Assembly (NCBI GenBank): GCA_002269645.1
Contig: NIVC01001413.1
Span: forward strand, 186,001-250,000
Reading direction: 5' to 3'
Source of the DNA: Macrostomum lignano
Taxonomy: Eukaryota
Length of the DNA: 64,000 nt
Positions 36,971-50,600 of the stretch are shown piece by piece (the stretch's first letter is position 1; each line of letters begins with the position of its first letter). Both the position numbers and the translations under genes were made by a program. Below the pieces are notes generated by a model that saw nothing but the letters and a program-made list of their open reading frames with translations, did no database searches and had not been told where the DNA came from.

Positions 36971-39893
36971 CTCTTATATTAACCTGACTGTAGCTTCATT
37001 CAATGCTCGCACTCTCTCTGCCGACTGGAGACTGCGCGAGCTGACCAAAGCTGCCTCTGACCTCTCCATCTCTATTCTTTCAATCCAAGAGCATCGCCGC
37101 AGGCTTCCTGAAGACCTCGAGGCCAGTCTGTACAATGGTGGAGGTTCACAGCCTCACCTGCCTCTGTCCAAGGCGTGGGGGCATTGGCTTCGTGCTCTTC
37201 CCAGAAGCCTCCCGGTCGCTCGATCCTCTCGATCAACTGTTTATCTGAGCGCATCGGTCATGTCTCCTTTGCTCTGAAGGACAGGCACCTCAATGTCATC
37301 TGTGTGCACGCGCCAACTGCACCAAACACAGCTTCAGACCCATCTACAACTGAGAGCTTCTACGACCAACTGAACGCCCTTCTTGACCAGCTGGCCTCCC
37401 GGGACCTCATCGTTGTCACCGGCGACTTCAATGCTCCCCTCCCAGTTGACGGCCGACTGGTGAAAAATCGTTGCGGCTCAGCTAATGCCAACAAAAGTTT
37501 CCTCTGTGACTTCATTCATTCTCGCGACCTGATGGCGGCGAATGGCTGCCTTCGCCAACGCCTCAGTGTTCTACCAAATTTCCATGGCCCAAACGGTCGC
37601 GCAACACCCGCCTCGACTGGATTCTCTGCCCAATGTCACAGAGAGCTCGTCTGCGGGCCATTCGTAACATCACCCTGAAATGCATCCCACCTGACCACAC
37701 TCTCCTGTGCTGCAGACTGGACCTTCGCTGGCACCGCTTCAGGAGGCCGACCAGTCCCCTGCCCTACTGGGGTGCACTCAACAACTCTGAAATCAGATCG
37801 CACTTCCTGCGACAAATCAAAGACTCGGGGTTCCGCCTTGACAGCAGCTATGACAGCTTTTCCGCCTCTGCGGCAGCAGTGCTCCCCCAGGAGGCAACCG
37901 CGGCAATCGGGTGCACACTAGGACTCTCACCCGATGTCATCAGAGCCCGGCAAGACATGCAAGCCGCAGTTGACCGACATGGCACTGCCAGCATTGCTGC
38001 CTCCACCGCGGCTGAGGCACTGCAAGCTGCCCACATCCAAGCTTCTGAGCTGTCTACCCAAGAAGCTGTGACGGAGATCAAGGCTGCCACTGACAACTGC
38101 CGTCATGCTGCGGCCTGGCGCACCATCAACCGCCTCACAGGGCGGCGAGCCGCGCCGAATGCTATCATCAACGCTGACTCCATCGAGCACCGCCTACAAC
38201 TGATTGCGGGCCACTTCCATTTTGTGCTCAATGCCCCAGATCCCAGCGCTACTCTTCGCCCGCTCGCTGACTCTCCACCTGCCTGCCCATCCGACTTCAA
38301 TTAATATTGCGCTCCGATCTCCATGGATAAAGTCTCCAAGGCCCTAAGAACCATGCGGGCTGATGCAGCAGCGGGAATCGATGACATCCCACCGCGTGTC
38401 CTGAAGACGCCTGAGCTGCTGCTTGTCATCACCGGAATTCTCAACTGCTCCTGCTGCATGGGTGGGGACTCAACTGCTAGTGCCTCAGAGCGATGGAGAA
38501 CTTCTAAGATCGTGGCCATCCCAAAGAAGAGCAACTCTATAGCGGCCTCGACAACCTGCGTGGCATAGCTCTAGAGTGCACTCTGGCCAAAGTCCTCAAC
38601 ACCATCCTTCGAAGTCGCATTCAACCCATCGTCAACCAGAGGCTTCTCAACATCTAGAGTGGCTTTCGACCTGGACGGTCAACAGCAGAACAATTCGCTG
38701 CGATCTGGTGCATCATTGACACCTGCGAGACTCGCCAAAAGGCGGTGTCAATTGTTTTTGTAGATTTCTGCAAAGCTTTTGACTCGTCAGCCGGGCGGCC
38801 ATTGCCTGGCTCCTCCAGCAGCATGGAGTTCCTCAGCTGCTGGTTCAGGCGATCATGGACCTCTACAGCTCGTCCAAGGCTTTTGTCCAGACTGAACATG
38901 GCCCTACATCTGAATTTGCCACCACCTCCGGGGTCCTGCAAGGTGACACCCTATCACCGCTTCTATTCGTTATCCTGATCGACTACGCCATGCGGCTGGC
39001 TCTGGCGCGACGAAGACGGCTATGAAGTGGTGCCTCGCCGCAGCTCCCACTTTCCCTGTGTCAAGCTGACCTGTCTCGCCTACGCCGACGACTTGGCGCT
39101 GACCTGCTGCAGCCCCGAAGCTGCGCAGAGGGTGGTGAGTCGGCTGGCTGACGAGGGGAAGCGCGTGGGGCTCCACATCAACCACGGCAAGACAGAGGTG
39201 CTGCATGTTGGCATTGCCAACTCTCCACCGCTGCTTCTACCGGACGGCAACACCATCGCCCCGTGCAACCAGTTCAAGTATCTGGGCGCCCTGGTCCCTG
39301 ACCCGGATGCCATTGTCAACAACCGCAAGCAGCTGGCGTGGAGGGCCTCCCACCTTCTCCGCTCCATCTTCAACTGCCGGCTCGCCACCGACAGCCTGAA
39401 GGTCGCCCTCTTCCGCTCGGCAGTTGAGGCGGTGCTGACCTACGAGCTGGAAGCTGTTCCCATGACTGCCACTCATGAGGCGAGCTTGGAGGCCTGCCAT
39501 CGTCATCTCCTGCGCGATGCCCTGGGCATCCGGTTCCCCGAGCGCGTGAGCAACGCTGAGCTGACGGCCCGGACCCGCATTCTGCCCCTGGGTCGCACTT
39601 TGGGTCGCACTTTGCAGAGGCGACGCCAGATGTTGATCGGCCACTGCCTGTGGGCCCTCACACAGGGCACCGGGCCCCCGCTCGCTGACCTGCTGCTCAG
39701 CCCGCCTTGTGGGAGACTCCGCCGGGGCCAGGCGCGCTGCACCACTCTGACTGACACCTTTCTCACTGACTTGCAGGCTCTGGGCCTGACCCCTCAGTCT
39801 GCAGCCAGGCTGGACTCAGCTGTTTTCCACCAACGGGTACTTCGCTGGCCCCTGCGCCAGCGTCTGTTTAATAATAATAATAATAATAACAAT
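36971..39893 (+). mobile_element. Degenerate RTE-like non-LTR retrotransposon (APE + RT)
   Basis: APE motifs SFNARTL, IQEH and GDFNA; RT motifs GVLQGDTLSPLLF and LAYADDL; (AAT)n tail; 12-bp TSD AACAGCAAGGAA (36959-36970 and 39894-39905). Several frameshifts and stops. Confidence 0.92.
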
Positions 39894-40730
39894 AACAGCA
39901 AGGAAATTCAGCATTTCACGGATCACTACTGTACCTACTGATACGAGTAATATGGGATTCGCATCTGCTACGCTCGTATCAGCCTTACAGATCTAGAGAA
40001 CTTTAACGAGATTAAAGATTCGAATTAAAATATCAAGGTCATCCTAGTTGACTAATTGATCACGTGCTAAGAGTTAGTTGCTGCATAGGTCCAGTGGGTT
40101 GTGAGTTTTGGGTTTTGCTTCTATTTTTCTGCCGAAACTGCCACTGCCAAGCATGAAGCACGTGATACGTTTAATATAATGATCGAGCTAATTTGTAGCA
40201 ACTTCAACAGGCATTTGGTATTTTCGGTGCATAGAAAAAAATAGTTTGTTTTCGATCGAACACAAACGGAAATCAACGATTAATGATGGAAGTTGGTTGC
40301 AGAAGCTAAATAGCGCGGTCGAGTTGCAATAATTAACCCTAATTGTTCTTTCACATATGAAGCTATTATAGTCAGGAAATTGATTAGCCCGAATTTTGTT
40401 GCTTTTTATCCCGACAGAAAATTAAACACTGCACGAAAGCGCAAAAAAATTAGACCCGTTTTAATGACGCAGAAAATATTTTTTGTTTCACAAATTGCCC
40501 TGTTTACACGCGAAACAACGCAGATGTCATAAATTTTGAGCGGCCTCTGCAACGGGTGTATAAATATAGGAATGGAAACTGTCAGGCCGGAGCCAAGCGA
40601 TCCTGTTCGTTAAACATAGGCCTTTACCTTTTGAACGAATTTCGGCAGTCAAGTAAGTTCAATATCGATATTTCTCATGTCAAGATTTGCATTAGGTAGC
40701 TTCGACCATAGACCAATTTAAGGTGGCTGG

Positions 40731-41090
40731 AGGCAGGGGTTGTGTGCGGCCTGGCGCACTTTAAGCGACATTGTCAAACAACCGGCGAGAGGCATCACTG
40801 CCCATTCCGCCGACTCCCCTGAGCAGGCACACAAGCGCGCGGATACGTACGCAGTCATACGCAGAGGCACGCACTCACACAGGAGTGTACAGCGGCCCTA
40901 ACTTTATTTATCGTTAGGCATGTACACTTCACTGTGCCTTGGGGGTTGGTTCTCAAGGCCGTTATTTGCACGAGCAGAGCCAAGCCGAGATTCCAATTTT
41001 GCCCCAAATGAATGTGACTGCACTTGGAATCGAGCCTGGGCCGCTGAGACATAAGAGCTCCAAGAGCGCCAAGTAGACCACTAGGCCCCG
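40731..41090 (-). mobile_element. SINE family A, near full length
   Basis: High similarity to the 41905-42265 copy. Confidence 0.88.
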
Positions 41091-41578
41091 TCGACCAATT
41101 GTCTAATTCCTAAGTAATAAGCTAGGAATTCGGGTTAATGTTTGGTCCGACCACAGATACTAAATACCCTAGATTGTTCACAATTAGCACAATCTTCTAG
41201 CGTCAATTTGACTTGCTACTGATCTCTTTCCAGTAGCATATAGGCGTATATTTCCTTTTTATTTTTGTCTTGACAAAAAATTGGAGAAAATGATTGTTAG
41301 CTACTTTTGTCCCTTCGCCGCTTTCAACTCTTTTATATTTCGCCAAGCCTGACAGTGGATCAAAATACACTAGTGTGTGGAGCTATTTGAAGTGTGTTGC
41401 TTTTTACGCTCATAGCACTGAGCAGAGAGCAGTCTTGCTAGAGATGGCTTGTAATATATGTTGGTCTAACCAAAGAATATCGGATGATCGGATAATCGGA
41501 ATTCATTGCATGATTGGAATTCATGGAATGCATTTCTGGTTGCTCGATACTCTTTGGCTTCAACTTACATAGGCTAAC

Positions 41579-41585
41579 TATAAAA
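41579..41585 (+). promoter_or_regulatory. Candidate TATA box of the secreted Cys-rich gene
   Basis: TATAAAA about 80 nt upstream of the ATG at 41665. The support is positional only. Confidence 0.4.
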
Positions 41586-41664
41586 GCGAACTTTGCTTAT
41601 AGATATATATTTTAACTTTTGACTCAATTTCAGAAGCCCTAACTACGTGAATTTTTTAAGCAGA

Positions 41665-43007
41665 ATGAATCGAATGCTAGCTTGCGGAGTTGCTCTCATC
41701 GTGCTGGCTTGGTAAGTTATATCTCTCTCATCCCAAAGTATTAGGTCTGCATATGCACCCTTTCATTGCTTCTCTAATACGATTCTCAATCGATGTTAAA
41801 CAGCTTCAAGCCTACTGAGGTTAACTCAATATTATTTGATTGACGCGCAGCGGGCACCCTGGCCCGCGCAACGTCTTTGGTGATATTGTCTCAAGCAACC
41901 ATGCATTTTATTAGAGGCAGGGGGGTTGTGTGCACCCTGGCGCACTTTAAGCGACATTGGCACACAACCGGCGAGAGGCATTACTGCCCATTCCGCCGAC
42001 TCCCCTGAGCAGGCATACAAGCGCGCGGATACGTACGCAGGCACACACTCACACAGGAGTGTACAGCGGCCCTAACTTTATTTTATCGTTAGGCATGTAC
42101 ACTTCACTGCTGCGCCTTGGGGGGTTGGCTCTCAAGGCCGTTAATTGCACGAGCAGAGCCAAGCCGAGATTCCAATTCAGCCCCAAATTAATGTGACTGC
42201 ACTTGGAATCGAGCCTGGGTCGCTGGCACACCAGAGCCTGCGCTAGACCGCTGGGCTACGGCCCCCCTAAGGAACCATGCAGCGCTGACGGCGATTCTTC
42301 CGGCCCATTCCGCTGCTCCTGAGCACATGTACAAAGCGCGCTAATGCTGTACACAGGCACGAACTCATACACACGCTCACACAGGGTGCACAGCGGCCCT
42401 CGCACACCGCTCCCTCACTTTATTTCTCAACTCAAGTCTGCAGCGGCGTAGCTGAGCTGCGTCACTCGCAAATATTGAGAGACTTTGCCTGCACTCTCAA
42501 AAGTGGCGAACACAGACCGAATCTACTGTGATGGCGACTTTTCCATGTTGCTGAGTACACATTAAGCGCATGCTACCCCACTAGCCAAGCACGCCTACTA
42601 AATGAAAGAACAGAGTTTTGTTCTATTGTTGAACACAATTGACCTGCAAAAATGGATGCTTAAGTTTTCACACACAGTCCTTGCTCCAACACTGAAACTT
42701 CAGCTTGATCAGCGCCGGCCACTGCGGCGGAGTGTGCAGCTCCGAAGGCGCCACCAAGACCGAGGGCAACAGGCTGTGCGAGTGCGGCTACTCCTACATC
42801 ATGGGACAGCGTAGCAACCAGCTGCAGTGGATCTGCCGGCTTAACGGCTGCGAAGACTGGAGCGAGGAGCAGGGTCGCATGGTGTTCTACGAGCCTGGTC
42901 AGGTTATGCAACTCCAGGGCACCCGGTGCCAGTGCGTCGAGGGCTCGGATCCCTACCTGCAGGACGCTAGCACCCTGTACCACATCCGGTGCAGCAGCAG
43001 GAAGTGA
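41665..43007 (+). CDS. Small secreted cysteine-rich protein (about 116 aa), 2 exons
   Basis: Exon 41665-41711 (MNRMLACGVALIVLA, signal-like) joins in phase 2 to the GC-rich exon 42704-43007. Two CxC-containing modules. Confidence 0.75.
41905..42265 (-). mobile_element. SINE family A, full-length copy (about 360 bp) inside an intron
   Basis: 5' GGGGCCGTAGCCCAGCGGTCTAGCGC (A box), GGCTCGATTCC (B box), and a 3' CCTGCCTCTAATAAAA tail. Confidence 0.9.
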
Positions 43008-44189
43008 TTCGATAGTTTGAGCAATTGTTATTGATTAATTGACCTTTGAAACTAACAACCTCGTTTTTGGCACGGGTTTCACAGTTGTTTAAGAAAGTTT
43101 GTTATTACTCGATTATACCTTCCTTGTTGCAACTGCAATAATTATGACGAAATATAATTTATTATTATATTATACGTCATAAAAACGCTTTAACCCAGTT
43201 GCTACGTTTTCTAGCATATTTATCTTGGAAAATGGTTGCCTGAATGGCAATAACTACATGTAGATAGGACACTGTTGAATTAAAAAACTACTACACATTT
43301 ACTTGTACATTTTGGGGCAACCAAATTAATAGAACAAAATATGTTTTTTGTTGTAACGAGAGAGTTCAATCTCGTGCGCAAACAGAGTATTTCAAAGCTT
43401 ATTAATGAAGCCAAGATAAAGCCTCGGAGCAGTTACATTCTAGTTTGTGTCATGTCATCGAACTTCTTGAGTCATTGAGTAAAATGCTTTATCTTCTGCA
43501 GTAAGGGTAAGGTTTTTAAAATTCTAAACCATATCCGTGATTATCTGTTCAAAGTTATCACGGAGAGCACCACAAAAGTTCCAACTGCACTTAAACAGAC
43601 CAGTGAACTTCACTTTCTAACCTCGATGGGACTTTGGGCAGGTCTTATTCTCGTAAGGGATCTTCGATCTCGCAGTCCTAGGGCATAAAGGATTTCTTGG
43701 AATGCGTTAGTTGGGAGCCGCGTTTTAGGTGACCTCAAATGAAACCAATTTTTGTACGCCTCACTTGAGCCTTAACAATCACAGATATTGCAGCAATATT
43801 TTTGCACTTCATTTTGTTTTTATTAATCAAATCCAGTGATCGCTTGACAAAGGCATTGCCGCCAGATTGGCTTGTACAAATAATAGAAAATGATTAATTT
43901 CATGACAAAATTAGTGTCAGTAGTTACATGTAAATAACCAAAATTTTCCAAAGCAGTTCATGGGTAGACGTATACCGATTAGAACTTTCGGATGCAAAAG
44001 CATATAATAATTTGTGAACGCACGTCGGTGAGTGCAAAACAGCCTTGAGTTCGACAGTATTAGCAGCTTTGGGTAGCTACTTGGTTTATGGGTTGGTCGC
44101 TCATTTACGAACCTATACAGTCAATTTGAGTCTATGCGGCTTAGAACAAGAGTTTGCACGAGTCAATGCAGGAATCCAAAGCAGGTGCA

Positions 44190-44455
44190 GCACCCCCCCC
44201 CCCCAATGTGCATGGGGGGTGTGGCGGCAAAGAAAATTGTCTGTTAACCTTGGCCTGTCTCTTCCACTGACGGTGTCATTATTTATTGCCTTGATCAGGT
44301 TCGATCAAGCAAGAGCATTGTGTGAGCTAACCTCTTAATCCCGCTGTCTCTCCCCTACCCTTTCCCAATCACGTGGTTGTGGTCCCGGTTAGTTTCCACT
44401 CCCATATCCCGGATCAAACCGGTAATTTCCACTTAACCGCTCGGCCATACTGGCC
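44190..44455 (-). mobile_element. Probable second tRNA-derived SINE (family B)
   Basis: Reverse strand starts GGCCAGTATGGCCGAGCGGTTAAG (tRNA-Leu/Ser-like A box) followed by GGTTTGATCC. Single copy here, and the 3' end is uncertain. Confidence 0.55.
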
Positions 44456-44610
44456 TAAACACTTGGGCTGACTTGAGAGCCAATTCTTATTATAAAAGAA
44501 GCTTTTGCTCCCGATCCCCGGCTGACAAAACCCTGAAGACATTTGAAGTTAGCTGCCGGATAAACAAAAAAAGTTTGTCGTCGGATTAAAAAAAGAGCAC
44601 TGCGTGTGTT

Positions 44611-47600
44611 ATGAAGATTTTTGTCCGAGTACGAGCCGAATGGCTCACGGTGCCCGTTGCCAAGGAGACGGTCCGTTGGCTCGGAGAAGAAGCTGTTCGA
44701 CGGTACAGCGCGCTGCAGCCGCCGTCGCACGTCAACAGACCTGAGAAAGTCTTCCAGATAAAGAAGACCAAGAATGGAGCAATTCTGCATCCTGAGGACA
44801 AGATTGTCTCTGTGCTGACCGATGAAGAGTACATCACTGTCAGTGAGTGAGCAGAACGCTATTGTGCAATCTTAGTAGCTGTTACGCCTCAGTGGATTCA
44901 TTATGTAGTTATATGACTCGGGGTGTTCATTATGTAGTTTTATGATTACTTCATAAATTGAGTTTGAGGGAAATCAAAAGCCTTTCCAGCTCGCACGTAC
45001 AAGGCTGTGCGTCGTTTGAGATCGAATCCGTTTCTTTCAAATCGTGACTTACTTTGAATTAGCTTCAGGGGGTTCCGGGCATCCGGATACTGCGGGGAGG
45101 CGTCTACGCCCATTCCGCTGATCCCTGGCGACCACGGCAGCTGGTGCTGCGGTGACGCGCAGGGAGCTGATCCGGTGGTGCCGGACGTCCGTAGCGAGGT
45201 CCTCCTCCGGAGAGTCCATGGAGGTGGATGGTCGCACGACCGGTAGCTCTTAGGTAGTGGACGAGTATATTCTTTCAAATCTAATTAACGCTAAGATAAT
45301 TGCAGTGAATTTTCGATTCGTATACTGCAAGTCAGTAGTTAATATTATTCCTAAACTCTGCGCTGCTTTGTTTAACCAATTGAATTGCTAAATATACAGT
45401 TTTAGAGAGCGACCTTCAGAGCAGTACAACAAACGTCAACATTTCTAGCGGGTTCGCGTGCGATGGCGATCCGCTTTACAGCAGCTCGTTGGCGTAAGTG
45501 ATGTTTTTGTTAAACTTGAATGACAGGTGGCACATCTCTATGCCTATTTTTTGAAAGAAATTCGCATTGCAATGCTTTAAATTGCTTAATTTTCAGCTCT
45601 GCACCCCACGTTCATCACATGTCTCCAGTAGAATCTCTGGTACTCGATGGCAACAGCTTGACAACTAAACACCTAGTACAGCTGGGTAGGGGAAAGTACA
45701 GGATTGAGGTAAGATTTTGATGGTGATTTGTTTGCAAGCACTTCGGAAAACTCTTCAGAATTGTATTTATTGTACGCATTTTAGCTTTCGGAAGAAGCTT
45801 GGGCCGCTGTGTCCGCCGCTAGGGCTGTTGTAGACGAAATCGTTGCAACAAATCAAAGTAGGTCGACTTTGAAATTGCACACTAAAGTTCCCCAAATACT
45901 TTAATAAAATACCGGGAAAACGCTAAAAAACCCGTTTATTCGATTGCAGCTGTCTATGGAGTCACCACAGGATTTGGCCGATTCGCGAGCGTTGTGATTG
46001 AGAAAGAAAAGCTTCAGGTACACTATATGATGCTGAGTTATGGCTAACCGACCTTTGAACTTGTAAATTTGAAATGGATTTTGTCTATTCATTTTTATTG
46101 GGGAGTTATTTTTACGTTAAGACAGACACGAGGCAGTACAATTTTGGGTTTGAATCGTCCTTAGAGAAGGAAAAAATGACATCCCTTTACTGCTATACGT
46201 ACTTGAATAGTGTCGTGAATGAATTTTAAATTCAAGAAGAAATATATAATTGCTGACAGGAGCTGCAGGAGAATTTGATCCGCTCTCACGCTGCCGGTGT
46301 CGGCAAGCCGCTCTCTCCGGAGCGCACCAGAATGCTGCTCTCGTTGCGCATCAACATCCTGGCCAAGGGGTTCAGCGGCATCTCGCCGGAGACTCTGCAG
46401 AAGCTGGTCGACGCGTTCAACGCCTCCTGCCTGCCGTGGGTTCCCGAGCAGGGCACTGTTGGCGCCTCCGGCGATCTGGCGCCGCTGAGCCACCTGGCTC
46501 TAGGCATGCTGGGCGAAGGCATCATGTGGAGTCCGAAAAGCGGCTGGGCCGATGCCCGGTTCGTTCTGGAGGCAAACGGCTTGACACCGCTGAGGCTGAA
46601 ACCGAAGGAAGGCCTGGCTCTGATCAATGGCACTCAGCTTATTACGTCGCTAGGGGCTGAAGGTGAGCCAAGTAGAGACCAGCAGTAAAGAGACCAGCAG
46701 TTCTGTTCATTTTGCTGACCCTATTTAACCCCGTTTAGCGCTTTGCATTCTCTAGAGCACAAATAAATGCACTGCAGATACATAAATATAGCATGCAGCT
46801 GATTTCTAATAAAGTTGAGCGTGGCGTCCTTCTACGAGCTACTTCAGTTGTCAATGGTAGAGAGACCTTGCATTTCACATCTTCCGACAGGTACACAGGC
46901 TGTGTGCCTTAAGGGTTGACCTTAGCACGAGATTCAGACGCATTATCCTTTCCCGCATTGAGTCTTATAAAATCAAACATTATTTTAATTAGCTAAAAAT
47001 ATAGCACAGCTGCTCATGGTTTGAGCTAAGAGGATTTTCCTTTTTCTCTTAAACTCCAGCGGTTGAACGTTGCGAGGCCATCGCCCGTCAGGCGGACGTG
47101 GTGGCAGCTCTGTCACTTGAAGTGCTTAAAGGCACGAGTCGAGCATTCGATTCGGACATTCACGCCGTCCGCCGTCACCCCGGCCAAGTGGAAGTGGCTG
47201 GAAGATTTCGCGCTCTGCTGAGCAACCACGTGTTCAAATCTGAGATTGCCGCCTCGCACAGATTCTGCAACAAAGTGCAAGACGCCTATACACTGCGCTG
47301 CTGCCCTCAGGTGCACGGAATTACCCAGGATACCATACAGTTTGCGCACAACATCATTCTTACCGAGCTTAACAGCGCGACTGATAATCCGGTTAGTGAA
47401 CTGGGTGAACACTTTTCACTTTATTTGATCTAGGCGATGAGGTTCTGTCGGGTATAAAAGATTCCCGAAGAATCCCTGATTTCTTTCCGGTAGCATGTAG
47501 CGTCCCTTTTCTTTAGTTGTCCATGGTTATTTGATTTACCAACTTTGACTGTACTCAGGGACTAGAAGTTTGCTTAGCGACAGGTTTTTATTAACGAAAA

Positions 47601-50600
47601 CTCTAGACTGCGAGTGGTAACAACAGTGATCTACGGGATCTACAAAACAACAGTAACCATACCTTATGGAGACAAGTAACTGTAGTAAGTTGTCTTGGTA
47701 CAAACGTACTCAATACACACACTCGCCCAAAATCCAGGAACAACTTTAACCCAAACTCACTGCACCACAAAACTCATCCATAACTTTACTCCGGCAGATG
47801 GTCCTTGCCAGTCGAGGCGAAATCATTTCCGCTGGTAATTTTCACGGCGAATATCCGGCTAAAGCCTTGGATTACCTCGCCATTGGGGTGCACGAGCTGG
47901 CCAACATCTCTGAGAGGCGAACCGAGAGACTCATGAATCCCAGTAAGTTCAACTGTGATTGCATGAAAGTCAGCTAACACGTTTGGTCATGGAGCAGCGT
48001 GACGAAATACTAAGTTAAACTATTTTAGCCTACAGCGGACTGCCCGCCTTTCTGGTTAAGGACGGAGGCCTGAATTCCGGCTTCATGATAGCCCACTGCA
48101 CTGCTGCGTCTTTAAGTAAGTCAGTCCGCGTCCTAACCTTAAAACTCAAACAAACCTAAAAAATGCCTACAATAGTTGAGGTCCATGAAAACTGGCTGTG
48201 AAACTAAATCCTAAAGGTAGCCTAAACCCTAGACTTAATTGTCGGCAGCCAAATCCTACATGTTGATCCTTGACACACTGAGGTCCCTATTTACCTCACA
48301 CTTGATACTAGCTGAATTGAAAACGAACTGGTGATCAGGGTCTCGTATAGACTCAAAGCTAATTAATAAAGACAAAAAACACAAGAGATTGACAGACAAA
48401 ATACACGAGGAGAGACAGACAAAATACACGAGGAGAGACAGACAAAATACACGAGGAGAGACAGACAAAATACACGAGGAGAGACAGACAAAATACACGA
48501 GGAGAGACAGACAAAAGACACGGGGAGAGACAGACAAAGGACATGGGGAGAGACAGACAAAATACACGGGGAGAGACAGACAAAAGACACGGGGAGAGAC
48601 AGACAAAAGACACGGGGAGAGACAGACAAAATACACGGGGAGAGACAGACAAAATACACGAGGAGAGACAGACAAAATACACGAGGAGAGACAGACAAAA
48701 GACACGGGGAGAGACAGACAAAATACACGGGGAGAGACAGACAAAATACACGGGGAGAGACAGACAAAGGACATGGGGAGAGACAGACAAAAGACACGGG
48801 GAGAGACAGACAAAAGACACGGGGAGAGACAGACAAAAGACACGGGGAGAGACAGACAAAGGACATGGGGAGAGACAGACAAAAGACACGGGGAGAGACA
48901 GACAATAGACACGGGGAGAGAGACAGACGAAAGACATGAGGAGAGACAGACAAAGGACATGGGAAGAGACAGACATAATACACGGGGAGAGATAGACAAA
49001 AGACACGGGGAGAGAGACAGACGAAAGAGATGGGGAGGGACTGACAAAAGACACGGGGAGAGACAGACGAAATACACGGGGAGAGACAGACAAAAGACAC
49101 GGGGAGAGACAGACAAAAGACACGGGGAGAGACAGACAATAGACACGGGGAGAGAGACAGACGAAAGACACGGGGAGAGACAGACAAAGGACATGGGGAG
49201 GGACTGACAAAAGACACGGGGAGAGACAGACGAAATACACGGGGAGAGACAGACAAAAGACACGGGGAGAGACAGACAAAAGACACGGGGAGAGACAGAC
49301 AAAAGACACGGGGAGAGAGACAGACGAAAGACATGGGGAGGGACTGACAAAAGACACGGGGAGAGACAGACGAAAGACACGGGGAGAGACAGACAATAGA
49401 CACGGGGAGAGACAGACAAAATACACGGGGAGAGACAGACAAAAGACACGGGGAGAGACAGACAAAAGACACGGGGAGAGAGACAGATGAAAGACATGGG
49501 GAGGGACTGACAAAAGACACGGGGAGAGACAGACGAAAGACACGGGGAGAGACAGACAAAAGACACGGGGAGAGACAGACAAAATACACGGGGAGAGACA
49601 GACAAAAGACACGGGGAGAGACAGACGAAAGACACGGGGAGAGACAGACAATAGACACGGGGAGAGACAGACAAAAGACACGGGGAGAGACAGACAAATA
49701 CACGGGGAGAGACAGACAAAAGACACGGGGAGAGACAGACAAAAGACACGGGGAGAGACAGACAAAAGACACGGGGAGAGACAGACAAAAGACACGGGGA
49801 GAGACAGACAAAATACACGGGGAGAGAGACAAAATACACGGGGAGAGACAGACAAAAGACACGGGGAGAGACAGACGAAAGACACGGGGAGAGACAGACA
49901 ATAGACACGGGGAGAGACAGACAAAATACACGGGGAGAGACAGACAAAAGACACGGGGAGAGACAGACAAAAGACACGGGGAGAGACAGACAAAAGACAC
50001 GGGGAGAGAGACAGACGAAAGACATGGGGAGGGACTGACAAAAGACACGGGGAGAGACAGACGAAAGACACGGGGAGAGACAGACAATAGACACGGGGAG
50101 AGACAGACAAAAGACACGGGGAGAGACAGACAAATACACGGGGAGAGACAGACAAAAGACACGGGGAGAGACAGACAAAAGACACGGGGAGAGACAGACA
50201 AAAGACACGGGGAGAGACAGACAAAAGACACGGGGAGAGACAGACAAAATACACGGGGAGAGAGACAAAATACACGGGGAGAGACAGACAAAAGACACGG
50301 GGAGAGACAGACAATAGACACGGGGAGAGAGACAGACGAAAGACACGGGGAGAGACAGACAAAGGACATGGGGAGGGACTGACAAAAGACACGGGGAGAG
50401 ACAGACGAAATACACGGGGAGAGACAGACAAAAGACACGGGGAGAGACAGACAAAATACACGGGGAGAGACAGACAAAATACACGGGGAGAGACAGACAA
50501 AATACACGGGGAGAGACAGACAAAAGACACGGGGAGAGACAGACGAAAGACATGGGGAGGGACTGACAAAAGACACGGGGAGAGACAGACAAAAGACACT

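Noticed and set aside
39938-39982. 10-bp hairpin CTGATACGAG...CTCGTATCAG after the LINE
   Set aside because: No ribozyme core or other support; could be chance.
42180-42265. tRNA gene
   Set aside because: It has A and B boxes but no full cloverleaf or anticodon arm, and it continues into a multi-copy SINE body.
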